Below are positions 39,373 to 49,064 of a stretch of DNA of 64,000 nt, piece after piece. Under the pieces are notes generated by a model. The model ran no database searches and had not been told where the DNA came from. It worked only from the letters and a program-made list of their open reading frames with translations. The DNA lies in the IMG/VR virus record IMGVR_UViG_3300036770_003943, positions 124,001-188,000 of that record. The stretch is one strand, 5' to 3'. A program made the translations under genes and the position numbers. The first letter of the stretch is position 1; every line of letters starts with the position of its first letter.

Positions 39373-40445
39373 AGCACTACCTACCAAAGCCTAAGGTAAT
39401 TCAATTTGAACTAAGTTCGGTATGTAATCTACTTTGTCTTGGTTGTGTACGCACAGATCCCGGCAGCTTTAACACCGCTAAATCTTTTATTAATCGTAAT
39501 GAATATCTTAGCAAAGAAACTTTTTTGAAAATTTTATCAAGTGATTTTTTTAGTCCAGTTGAAAAGCTAGATTTTTGTGGAACTATAGATGATCCACTTA
39601 CTCATCCTGACTTTTTAACCATGCTAGATATGTCTTTAACAGTTAAACAATATGAAGTTATTATTCATACAAATGCCAGCTTAAGAACACCTGAATATTT
39701 TGTAAAATTGGCTAAAGTTTTAGGCAAGCATAGACAACATACTGTACACTTTAGTATTGATGGACTGGAAGATACTAATCATTTATATAGGCAAGGTAGT
39801 TCATGGTCTAAGATTATGGAGAATGCTCAGGCCTTTATTGCCGCTGGCGGCCATGCCATGTGGCAATTTTTAGTATTTCCATGGAACAAACACCAAATTG
39901 ATCTAGCTAGGCAAAAAAGTAAAGACATGGGATTTCGTTTATTTCAGCTTAGGCATGATCGTAGTCTTATCACTAAAATAGGCCTAGAAAAAGTTCAACA
40001 GCGTAAACTAATCAATAAGGTAAGCATATCAGAGCCTGGAGATTTTCATGACTTTACTCGAAGTTTAGATGTTAGACTTGCTGAGCCTGTACTGTGTAAT
40101 ACACAAAAATATAGTCAGTATTTCATAGGTCATGATGGTCGCATATGGCCGTGTTGTTTTATACATAACGGTTTTCTGGCTACTGATTCAGCTAAAACGT
40201 CTTCGCTTAAGCAAAGACTTTACACAGTCTATAACGATACTGATTGGAATAATGTAAATAATCATGAAGTTGACGATATTATACAGCATAGATTTTATGC
40301 CGAAGATTTAGTGGATAGCTGGCAGTCAACTCAGCATGGAACAGCTATGAAAGATAGAATATTTAGATGTACTGAAGTTTGTAGTAAAACCAATATAACT
40401 GAGTTACCAATTGGTAATCATGAAGTAGAAACCTTAAATGTCTGA
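39369..40445 (+). CDS. Radical SAM protein, tandem paralog of rSAM 3 (rSAM 4)
   Basis: CNLLCLGC, CGTIDDP, HTNAS, SIDGLEDTNHLYR; C-terminal DG.IWPCC. Confidence 0.9.
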   Translation: MKHYLPKPKVIQFELSSVCNLLCLGCVRTDPGSFNTAKSFINRNEYLSKETFLKILSSDFFSPVEKLDFCGTIDDPLTHPDFLTMLDMSLTVKQYEVIIHTNASLRTPEYFVKLAKVLGKHRQHTVHFSIDGLEDTNHLYRQGSSWSKIMENAQAFIAAGGHAMWQFLVFPWNKHQIDLARQKSKDMGFRLFQLRHDRSLITKIGLEKVQQRKLINKVSISEPGDFHDFTRSLDVRLAEPVLCNTQKYSQYFIGHDGRIWPCCFIHNGFLATDSAKTSSLKQRLYTVYNDTDWNNVNNHEVDDIIQHRFYAEDLVDSWQSTQHGTAMKDRIFRCTEVCSKTNITELPIGNHEVETLNV

Positions 40446-41847
40446 AAATAAATCACCTAGTAAAACATTTTGTATATTACCCTGGGTACACCTAAGTACT
40501 AGACCAAATGGTCATATGAGGGTCTGTTGTACTGCCAATGCCAGTAGTGTAGGACCTACCAATGATAAGAGTCACGGCGGTGAAATTGGCGTACTCAAGC
40601 AGGCAAATGGTAAACCTGCTAATCTTAATCAAACAGATTTTCTTACTAGTTGGAATAATCAGTACATGAAAAATGTTCGAATACAGATGTTAAATGGTCT
40701 AGAACCTCCTAGCTGTACCAAATGCTACAAAGAAGAACGTGCAGGTCATCAAAGTAAACGCCAATGGGAAACAAGGTATTGGAGTGAACGGGTTGATGTC
40801 GATCAACTAATAGCTAACACAGCTGAAGATGGTAGTGTACCTCCACAGGTAACCTATATTGACATGAGATTCGGGACTAAATGTAATCTAGCCTGTGTAA
40901 TGTGTAGCCCCCATGACAGTAGTTTATGGATACCTGAATGGCAAAAATTGTATCCTAAGTTTCGTAATGTCAGTTTAAAGGAAACCATGCAATGGGACAA
41001 TAAAGGACAAGTAAACGGAGCTAGCTACAATTGGCACAAAAACAATCCTAAGTTTTGGGAACAATTATGGGAGCAGGTCCCCAACATGAAACAGTTGTAT
41101 TTTGCTGGTGGTGAACCATTGATTATTGACGAACACTATGATATACTGGAAGAATGTATTCGTCAGGGATATGCCAAAGATATGGAAATACGCTATAACA
41201 GCAATGGGGTAGAATGGCGAGAAGATCTGTTTGATTTATGGCGACAGTTTAAGTTAGTTAGATTCCATTACAGTGTAGATGCCTACGGAGAAAGAAATGA
41301 TTACATTCGTTATCCTAGCAAGTGGAGTCGAAACCTAGAAGCGTTTCGTCAACTCGATACTGAAACCAGCAATAATGTTGAAGTTACCATAGCCTGTGCT
41401 GTACAAGCTCTAAATATATATTACATTCCAGAATTCTTACGTTGGAAACTTGAACACGGCTTTAAAAAAATTAACATGTGGCCTTTTGGGGCTGGGGGTA
41501 TAAACTACCATTTTGTTTATCATCCTCCGCACCTAAATGTCAAAGTTTTACCTATGTGGTTTAAAGATGAAATTGAACGCAAATACGAAGAATTTATACC
41601 ATGGTGGATTGAGAATTGGGAACTAGGTGTACCTACATGGTACAGAGGTAAGGTAACAAAAGAAAAATGGCTGGCAGCAGACTATGGCATTAGTAGACTA
41701 CGAGGTATGGTTCGTTTCGCAAAAAGCGAAGATTGGAGTTTACGCTTGCCAGAAACACAGGAATACTTAGAATTATTAGATCAACAACGAGGTACAAACT
41801 TTTATACTAGTTTTCCAGAAATGAAAGACATATTTAAAGATGTTTAA
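40438..41847 (+). CDS. Radical SAM protein with N-terminal Twitch-like domain (rSAM 5)
   Basis: FCILPW...G..RVCC, C.KC; core CNLACVMC, FAGGEP, YNSNG. Confidence 0.92.
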   Translation: MSENKSPSKTFCILPWVHLSTRPNGHMRVCCTANASSVGPTNDKSHGGEIGVLKQANGKPANLNQTDFLTSWNNQYMKNVRIQMLNGLEPPSCTKCYKEERAGHQSKRQWETRYWSERVDVDQLIANTAEDGSVPPQVTYIDMRFGTKCNLACVMCSPHDSSLWIPEWQKLYPKFRNVSLKETMQWDNKGQVNGASYNWHKNNPKFWEQLWEQVPNMKQLYFAGGEPLIIDEHYDILEECIRQGYAKDMEIRYNSNGVEWREDLFDLWRQFKLVRFHYSVDAYGERNDYIRYPSKWSRNLEAFRQLDTETSNNVEVTIACAVQALNIYYIPEFLRWKLEHGFKKINMWPFGAGGINYHFVYHPPHLNVKVLPMWFKDEIERKYEEFIPWWIENWELGVPTWYRGKVTKEKWLAADYGISRLRGMVRFAKSEDWSLRLPETQEYLELLDQQRGTNFYTSFPEMKDIFKDV

Positions 41848-43099
41848 CAGTAAAACTTTTTGTATAATGCCCTTTATACATCAGAATATAAAACAAGAAG
41901 GTAAGGTCAGTGCTTGTTGGCGTTATCCGGATAGGATCGGCGATTATCGCAAACAGACTTTGCCAGAAATTTGGAACAGCGAACAAACCAAAGAACTAAG
42001 ACGTAGTTTGCTTAATAATGAGCGACCGCAAGGATGTCGTAGTTGTTGGGATTTCGAAGATAGCCGAGTTCCTAGTACTAGACAAACTTGTTTGGATACT
42101 TATAAAGAACAGTATAAAATAAATTTTGATCAGATTATTGCCAAAGTAAACGATGATTACTCTATGCCTTACCAGCCACGTTCAATTGAAATACGCTTTG
42201 ATAATACCTGTAATTTTAGATGTAGACACTGCAGCCCTACTTATAGCAGCCAGTGGGAAAATTTGGCTTTTCAAAATTCCGAAGTAAAACAATTTTTTGA
42301 TCAACATGAAGTAGGCAGGTTAGAAAAAAAGCATATTAGTTTGCCCGATACAACCATGGAGGAATTCATTACAGCAATTCCTTATCTTAAAGAAGTTCTT
42401 ATCGCAGGAGGAGAACCGTTACAGCAACTAAGACATTGGCGTGCTATGGATGCTATGTTACCCTATGCTGAGAACATAACTCTTAGCTATAATAGCAATC
42501 TTAGTTCGTTAGGTATAAAAAATTATAATGTCTTAGACTATTGGCCGAAGTTTCACAAAGTTGTTCTTAGAGTAAGCATAGACGGTGATTCAAGTACCTT
42601 TAGTTATTTTAGAACCAATGGACAGCTTGATCTAGTACTGGCCAATGTTGAACAACTACATAAGTTAACCAACTTAGAAATGAGTCTAACTACCACTGTA
42701 AGCATATATAATATATCTAGACTAATTGATATAGTTAAGCTGGTAAATCAAGCAGGGGGATACTTTCATACCAGTCTTGTTCAATATCCTAGGCCCATTA
42801 ATCCTAAAGTATTACCCAAGCACATCAAAGAAAAAATTTCTGATGAATGGTATTCTTTTACCAAAACCTTGAAAGAAAACACTAGACTTTGGGAGCATGA
42901 CATTTGGCTCAATGAGGATCTAGTTGAAAAACAATGTAAACGTATCAATTGGTACGGTCACTATGTAATAAAATATATGAATGCCGAAGATTATTCCAAC
43001 AGCCTACCAAAAACTAAAGAGTACATTAGGTTCTTGGATCAACTTAACAATACTAGTTTTGCTGATGTTTATCCTGAACTTGCTGAGTTAATAAATTGA
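41840..43099 (+). CDS. Radical SAM protein with N-terminal Twitch-like domain (rSAM 6)
   Basis: FCIMPF...G..SAC, C.SC; core CNFRCRHC, AGGEP, YNSN. Confidence 0.92.
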   Translation: MFNSKTFCIMPFIHQNIKQEGKVSACWRYPDRIGDYRKQTLPEIWNSEQTKELRRSLLNNERPQGCRSCWDFEDSRVPSTRQTCLDTYKEQYKINFDQIIAKVNDDYSMPYQPRSIEIRFDNTCNFRCRHCSPTYSSQWENLAFQNSEVKQFFDQHEVGRLEKKHISLPDTTMEEFITAIPYLKEVLIAGGEPLQQLRHWRAMDAMLPYAENITLSYNSNLSSLGIKNYNVLDYWPKFHKVVLRVSIDGDSSTFSYFRTNGQLDLVLANVEQLHKLTNLEMSLTTTVSIYNISRLIDIVKLVNQAGGYFHTSLVQYPRPINPKVLPKHIKEKISDEWYSFTKTLKENTRLWEHDIWLNEDLVEKQCKRINWYGHYVIKYMNAEDYSNSLPKTKEYIRFLDQLNNTSFADVYPELAELIN

Positions 43100-45105
43100 T
43101 GTAAGTTAGCCAGTAAAATAGGATTTACATCGGCTAATTTGTTTGATCTTATCTTTTCCATTTTTTCAATATAGGTCATAAATTGTTCTGCCAGCTTATG
43201 ATTGCCTTTTGAACCACTACATAGTTTGCGTATTTTTTTAACACTGACTAATATAGATTCTGGTAAACTAGTATATCTAGGATGTATGGAGGTAAAATTG
43301 GCTTGATAATTATCGCACCAGTCAATAATGTTTTTGTAATAAGACTTAGGCAGTATGTTAACAGACAGATATGATGGGTCAAACGCTGGCTGTATTTTAA
43401 AAAATCCGTCATATTCTACACTGTCTAAGGAACAAGGGTTATCTTCATTAAAGTAATTTCTGTATTGATTAGTCCACCAAGTAATCAAGTCTTGAATGTT
43501 ATAGACATTTAATACGCTAAGAGTGGTGCTCATTATAATTAAAAAGTTATCGTTCTGTCGACTAATCTCAAGCCAGTAGGTTAAGGCACTGCTGACAGAA
43601 TGTTTTTCTCCTGACCAAATACTGGGATAACGTATGTAATCGTTCAATGACCCATAGCCATCTATGCTTAAATTAAGGTATATTTTTTTGAATCTATTCA
43701 AGTTGGCTAGTAATCGAGCACTTGGTATATAGCTACAGTTAGTGTATATTTCTAAACTGACCTGTTCGGGCTTTCCTTGCTCGCATATCTGGTCAATGAA
43801 CTTGACAAACTCAGGATTAATCATTGGCTCTCCGCCAGTAAATTTTACTAGATTAACCGTGAGTAAGGACTGTTTACTGAGTTTAAATTGTAAATTGTCT
43901 AATTTTGGATAGACTATTCTTTTTAAGTTCGAGTCTTTTTCTGACAACATACTGTTTAATTTTAGTTCGTCATCGTGCCAAGTTGTGCTAAGGTTGCTGT
44001 TACAAGTCAGGCAGGCCATATTACAGTAGTTCCCAAATCCTACTTCAAGAAATTCTAATCTTGGATTAGGAAACTTTGGCCTACGATGCAGATAACCATG
44101 GTTATACAATATATTTGAGCCTAATCTCATGCTCAATCCTACATCAGTTTCGTTATCAGCTTGTTCTTCTTTGTAGCATTTGTGGCAACCTTCTAAGGAT
44201 TGATTGTTTAATATATGCTGTCTTGCTGTTTGCCAATAAGGGCTGGTATAAAATACACTGTCTATATCTTGTTGACGTATACTGGGTCGTTGATCAGTCA
44301 ACTTCATATAGTCATTAATATGATCATGATTGGTGATCTTTTCATAGACACTGCGTTTATAGACTGTGTCATAACGACAACATAGTTTACTTTGACCGTC
44401 TGGCTTGTACTGTATATGATTCCATGGAAGTATACAAAAAACTGGATTCAGTTGAGCATATAACTTGCCAGCATAATTTTCATAGTGGCTATTAGTTGAA
44501 TCAACTAGTTCTATCAGTGTATTGTGGAATCTCCATCCAATGGTCCAGTTCCTATGTAGTATTTCGTTCAAGGCAAAATCAAATTTTGAGTCTTTGTACT
44601 TGGATCTATTGAAACCCATGTACATGTATTGATTTTTATTGTTGTCTAATTTAGTTAGTTTGCTTAGTATAGCTAAAAATTTATTTGTGTCGTCGACTAG
44701 GTCTACATGATGAAATTCAAATTTTGATTGACGAAATGCTTGCCAGCAGGCCTTAAAAAATTCTATATTATAGAAGTTTTCTGGTATATGTTTTTGGTAA
44801 TTATCAAGGTCAATTACCATTGGTGTTGAAAATTTTTCTTCGGCAGACAACGTTAGTTCGAACAAACTGTTGAGATCTCCGTCCCATGATAAAAGATATT
44901 TGAATATATCTATATTATTTTGATTTTTATCGTAGACAACGAATTCGGGACGATAGCCTTGTAGATCTACTGGGCTTCGATGACCAAAAGATCTTAGGAA
45001 TAATCTAAATAGGCTGTCTCCTGTACCTATGTATCTTAGAAAATTATTAGTACATCGGCCTCGTTTTTGATTAAGCAAAGCCTGGTTAATAAGAAAATAA
45101 CTCAT
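43069..45105 (-). CDS. Radical SAM protein with ~220-aa extra N-terminal domain, inverted orientation (rSAM 7)
   Basis: FCILPW...DG...CC, C.KC; core CNMACLTC, TGGEP, YTN. Confidence 0.9.
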   Translation of the reverse strand: MSYFLINQALLNQKRGRCTNNFLRYIGTGDSLFRLFLRSFGHRSPVDLQGYRPEFVVYDKNQNNIDIFKYLLSWDGDLNSLFELTLSAEEKFSTPMVIDLDNYQKHIPENFYNIEFFKACWQAFRQSKFEFHHVDLVDDTNKFLAILSKLTKLDNNKNQYMYMGFNRSKYKDSKFDFALNEILHRNWTIGWRFHNTLIELVDSTNSHYENYAGKLYAQLNPVFCILPWNHIQYKPDGQSKLCCRYDTVYKRSVYEKITNHDHINDYMKLTDQRPSIRQQDIDSVFYTSPYWQTARQHILNNQSLEGCHKCYKEEQADNETDVGLSMRLGSNILYNHGYLHRRPKFPNPRLEFLEVGFGNYCNMACLTCNSNLSTTWHDDELKLNSMLSEKDSNLKRIVYPKLDNLQFKLSKQSLLTVNLVKFTGGEPMINPEFVKFIDQICEQGKPEQVSLEIYTNCSYIPSARLLANLNRFKKIYLNLSIDGYGSLNDYIRYPSIWSGEKHSVSSALTYWLEISRQNDNFLIIMSTTLSVLNVYNIQDLITWWTNQYRNYFNEDNPCSLDSVEYDGFFKIQPAFDPSYLSVNILPKSYYKNIIDWCDNYQANFTSIHPRYTSLPESILVSVKKIRKLCSGSKGNHKLAEQFMTYIEKMEKIRSNKLADVNPILLANLHQFINSASSG

Positions 45106-45117
45106 TGTGTTTTGTGT

Positions 45118-45131
45118 GATAAATATTTATC
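45118..45131. promoter_or_regulatory. Perfect 14-bp palindrome carrying TAAATA on both strands (putative bidirectional late promoter)
   Basis: GATAAATATTTATC lies in the 41-bp gap between divergent starts 45105(-) and 45147(+). Confidence 0.55.
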
Positions 45132-45146
45132 TTAGTATATAATGAT

Positions 45147-45374
45147 ATGCCAGATCTTAAAGAACTATCCCTAAGACAGCTACAACGTGAAGCAGCTAGA
45201 GTAATCAGCAGCATGCCGGCTACCAATGATAATATTTATAAGTTTAATAAAGCCAGCAGACATAATAGTCAAGGATGGTATATAGCGGCCATAGAATGGT
45301 ATATTAATGAATATGGTGGTCTGCCCAGCGAATGTGGACCAGGCAAAGATGTAACATTTATCATGGAGGAATAA
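45147..45374 (+). CDS. Hypothetical protein (75 aa)
   Basis: ORF after the palindrome; contains the GGAGG SD for the next gene. Confidence 0.7.
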   Translation: MPDLKELSLRQLQREAARVISSMPATNDNIYKFNKASRHNSQGWYIAAIEWYINEYGGLPSECGPGKDVTFIMEE

Positions 45375-45375
45375 T

Positions 45376-46038
45376 ATGGAAGAAATGTTTTGGAAAGAAT
45401 TGATTAAAAGTAGAGCTCAAAATTTTACATGGGATATGACTGCAGAAGTTGATAAAGAATTAATTGAAAGCATTGCTACCGACATACATCACAGAGCACC
45501 TAGTAAACAAAATAGAGTACAGTATCAGATGCATATCTTTGATTGGAGTGATAGTGAATTTAGAAATGATTTTTATCAATTTGCCGTAGATAGAGATAAT
45601 CCTAATCCAAGATATAATCCACAGACTCTCGCTCACTACTTGTTTGTTTTTGTTGGCAGAAGTCCTGGGTATTTTGCCAATAGTTTTAGTAATTGGGGTC
45701 CTGGCATTCACCCACAAATCAGCCATTTAGAAATTGGTCTTGCCAGTCATATGCTTATACATGGTGCGTTTGTTAGAGGGTTAGCCTCTGGATTTTGTAG
45801 ATGCTTTGATCACAATTATACTAAGGCACCAGCTATTGCGACGAAATTAAACTTACCATCAAACAAGTCTGATCATATATTTTTAAGTGTGGGCGTTGGT
45901 ATTGAAAGCTATAATAAATTTCAAACATTTAATCCATTTACAAATTCCATGATTCCAGTATCTAAAAACAGCGGAACCATTTGGTACCATGAACCAAAAC
46001 CTGATCCTGCTGAATACATTGTTTATCATACCGCATGA
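45376..46038 (+). CDS. Nitroreductase-family (FMN) protein
   Basis: LIKSR...V..ELI......APSKQNRVQY and GLASGFCRCF match the nitroreductase N-terminus and core. Confidence 0.65.
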   Translation: MEEMFWKELIKSRAQNFTWDMTAEVDKELIESIATDIHHRAPSKQNRVQYQMHIFDWSDSEFRNDFYQFAVDRDNPNPRYNPQTLAHYLFVFVGRSPGYFANSFSNWGPGIHPQISHLEIGLASHMLIHGAFVRGLASGFCRCFDHNYTKAPAIATKLNLPSNKSDHIFLSVGVGIESYNKFQTFNPFTNSMIPVSKNSGTIWYHEPKPDPAEYIVYHTA

Positions 46039-47201
46039 CTGATTTAACTACTAGCGAATACGATTTTACTAAGATTCCCTATAAAGACATAGTGCGAGTT
46101 GGTCAACGCACTATGTTATATAGAGATATGTTTACAGTGAGCTGGCTATTGGGTCGCTACTGTAATTACCGTTGTAGCTACTGCTGGCCCTATGCTCGTA
46201 GTGATACCAAAGATCATCGTCCTACTCCTTTGATGTTACACACAGTAAATGAAATTAAACGTCAAGCTAGAGAACGTGGGTTTAATAGTTTTCATTTTAG
46301 TCTAAGTGGCGGAGAACCTACTTTTCATCCTTCTTACATACCCATCTTGAACCATCTCAATGAAGATGCTGCCAATACTAACTATACCAGCGTACATATG
46401 ACCAGTAACATGAGCAGACCTATTCGATGGTTTGAAAATGAATATGTTCCAGCAGTACGTAATTTTCATCGTGCTAGTATTACAGCCAGTTATCATCGAG
46501 AACATGTTAATAGTAAAGAAAAAATGGCTGAGTTTGCTGACAAGTTAATCTTATGCCAAGAATATGATACTCAAATTACCATAAACATGGTAATGGTACC
46601 AGAAAACTTTGATCAGTTATATGAAGAAGCTCTTTATTTTCATGAACGTGGAATTAATGTTACCCTAAAGCCACAGAGCGATCCTACTGCCAGTCGTGTA
46701 GTCGATGGATATACCAAAGACATGTATAAAAAATTACATAATGGTATGCCGCAACGTGCCTTTACTGAATATAAGGCCAGACGAGCCGGTCTAGTGGAAA
46801 GGCCTCGCCCAACCTATATGATTGATCGCGCCGATCCTCTTAGAGAACAACAGGCTGCTATCTCAGCTCACTATCAAATTGAGTTTATAGATAAAAATGG
46901 TCAGTCATGGTACATGGATCAAGCCGAACGGTTTAATGCTTTTAACTTTAACAATTTTAAAGATTGGGAGTGTAGCAGTGGATATCGAAGTATTATTATT
47001 CGTGAACCAGACGGCACAATTAAGCGTAGCTACAGTTGTGCCGAAGTACCCTTAGGGCATATCGAAACCGGCTTTAAGTTATATGACAAACCCATGCCAT
47101 GTGGTAGTTCTAGTTGCGTAAGTAGCGCAGATAGCAAAATACCTAAACGTGCCCCTGGAACTAAGTTACCCTTATTTCCAGTTGATCGAACTTATGAGTG
47201 A
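46035..47201 (+). CDS. Radical SAM protein with C-terminal Cys cluster, paralog of rSAM 1 (rSAM 8)
   Basis: CNYRCSYC, SGGEP, TSN; C-terminal WECSSG...DG...SC...C...C..SAD. Confidence 0.92.
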   Translation: MTDLTTSEYDFTKIPYKDIVRVGQRTMLYRDMFTVSWLLGRYCNYRCSYCWPYARSDTKDHRPTPLMLHTVNEIKRQARERGFNSFHFSLSGGEPTFHPSYIPILNHLNEDAANTNYTSVHMTSNMSRPIRWFENEYVPAVRNFHRASITASYHREHVNSKEKMAEFADKLILCQEYDTQITINMVMVPENFDQLYEEALYFHERGINVTLKPQSDPTASRVVDGYTKDMYKKLHNGMPQRAFTEYKARRAGLVERPRPTYMIDRADPLREQQAAISAHYQIEFIDKNGQSWYMDQAERFNAFNFNNFKDWECSSGYRSIIIREPDGTIKRSYSCAEVPLGHIETGFKLYDKPMPCGSSSCVSSADSKIPKRAPGTKLPLFPVDRTYE

Positions 47202-48510
47202 TACTTTTTGTCCAATCCCTTGGATATTTCAAGCTGTACGTAACAACGGCGATATTCGTATCTGTTGTCAAGCCAACGTGACTGAAAATCAAGGAGTAGT
47301 ACGCAAGGAAGATGGAACCCCATTTAATGCTGGTAAAGATGTGATGGAAGAGGCACGCAATGCCGAATTGATGCGAGCAGTTAGGCTTAACATGCTCGAG
47401 GGACAATGGAGTACAGAATGCGGTCGTTGTCAGCAGGAAGAAGCCAGCGGGCTTAGTAGTAGACGACAATATGAAAAGGAAAATTGGAAGTTTAATATCG
47501 AAGCTGCCAAAAAAATTACTAATCAGGATGGATCAGTTACTGGTCCGAAATTAGAATACTACGATCTACGGTTTGGTAACCTGTGTAATCTAGCCTGTCG
47601 TATGTGCGGACCAACTGACAGTCATACATGGTACGAGCAATGGACAGACTATCATGGATCTCACAGTTATACTGATACTCATGGCACAGTTAAATTAACA
47701 CGTAACGACAATGGAAGATTGACTACCAATGACTATGATTGGCACGGCAGCGAAACATTTTGGCAGCAGTTAGAAGCCAACATTCTTAATATACGACATG
47801 TATATATGGCAGGCGGTGAACCCATGATGATAGAACGCCACTATGAGTTTTTACAGCGTTGTATTGATCAAGGCCAATCAAGCAAGATGATTTTAGAATA
47901 TAATACCAACATGACAAACTTGCCTAACCGTGTTCTAGACATGTGGACTAAGTTCTTACAAGTCCGTGTAGGTGCTAGTATTGATGGTATAGAAAATGTC
48001 TTAGAATATCAGCGTTGGCCACTAAAATGGAATCAAGCCTACAAAAATCTACAAAAATTAGATCAATACGCAATAGATAATAAAAACATACTAGCTTGGC
48101 TTGCCTGTACTATAACTGCTTACAATGTATGGCACATACCTGAATTCATGCGATGGAAACTTGAACAAAGTGGTTTTAAGAAAATTAATAGTACTCTAAA
48201 ACGCCCAATAATTACTCATCATGTAGCCCATGGACCCAAGCGTGTTAATATAAGAATTTTACCAGATGGGCTAAAACAAGATTTATCCAAATTCTATGAG
48301 AAGCATGGAAACTATTTTGCCAGCAAATATTCAAGTGAAATAAGCCAATCCGCTACAATGATATTGAATAGCATACTTAAGTACACAACCACTGGCAACT
48401 ATTCTGATAAATTAACTGAATTTGTTAAGTTTACTAGGTACTTAGACAAAGCAAGAAATAACAATATTCTAGATATTGTCCCACAGTATAGAGCCTTATT
48501 TGACCAATGA
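47194..48510 (+). CDS. Radical SAM protein with N-terminal Twitch-like domain (rSAM 9); start at MSDTFC
   Basis: FCPIPW...GDIRICC, C.RC; core CNLACRMC, AGGEP, YNTN. Confidence 0.92.
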   Translation: MSDTFCPIPWIFQAVRNNGDIRICCQANVTENQGVVRKEDGTPFNAGKDVMEEARNAELMRAVRLNMLEGQWSTECGRCQQEEASGLSSRRQYEKENWKFNIEAAKKITNQDGSVTGPKLEYYDLRFGNLCNLACRMCGPTDSHTWYEQWTDYHGSHSYTDTHGTVKLTRNDNGRLTTNDYDWHGSETFWQQLEANILNIRHVYMAGGEPMMIERHYEFLQRCIDQGQSSKMILEYNTNMTNLPNRVLDMWTKFLQVRVGASIDGIENVLEYQRWPLKWNQAYKNLQKLDQYAIDNKNILAWLACTITAYNVWHIPEFMRWKLEQSGFKKINSTLKRPIITHHVAHGPKRVNIRILPDGLKQDLSKFYEKHGNYFASKYSSEISQSATMILNSILKYTTTGNYSDKLTEFVKFTRYLDKARNNNILDIVPQYRALFDQ

Positions 48511-49064
48511 AAATTTTAATATCAGGTAATTCAAAATTAAATTTTGCTCATTCATTGAACAAAGTACTGATTGATCATGACTTGAAGTTCATAAGTCGTG
48601 CTAGCTCAGGTCATGATTTGACTAGACATGATGATCAACTAGCTTTTGCTAAATTAGCCTGCGAGTTTGACGTTGTTATTATTAATAGTGCTTTATGGAA
48701 ATTTAATCAAACTGTTTTACTTGATTATGTCTATAAAGCCTGTGTCGAAGCCAAACATAGAAACTATATCATTTGTATAGGTAGCACAACGGATCGAGTT
48801 AAAAAAGGAGGAGCTTGGTTATATAATGCTGAAAAAAAAGCTCTGCGTGACTATTGTAATACACTAGGATTAAATGGTGTTTGGGAAAGTGGCCCAAGAA
48901 TAACCTTAGTTAGTTTAGGCACACTTACTAATAATCAAGCTAAACATCCTACAAGACGTTGTATGGATATTGACTTGGCTGCTGGTTATATAAAATGGGT
49001 TATTGAACAACCAGCTGGAGTTCATGTAAATGAACTCAGTATAGATCCTTTACAGAATCCCTAA
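48507..49064 (+). CDS. Short-chain dehydrogenase/reductase-like protein
   Basis: MKILISG start, DVVIINS, ICIGS, YNAEK (YxxxK). Confidence 0.7.
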   Translation: MKILISGNSKLNFAHSLNKVLIDHDLKFISRASSGHDLTRHDDQLAFAKLACEFDVVIINSALWKFNQTVLLDYVYKACVEAKHRNYIICIGSTTDRVKKGGAWLYNAEKKALRDYCNTLGLNGVWESGPRITLVSLGTLTNNQAKHPTRRCMDIDLAAGYIKWVIEQPAGVHVNELSIDPLQNP

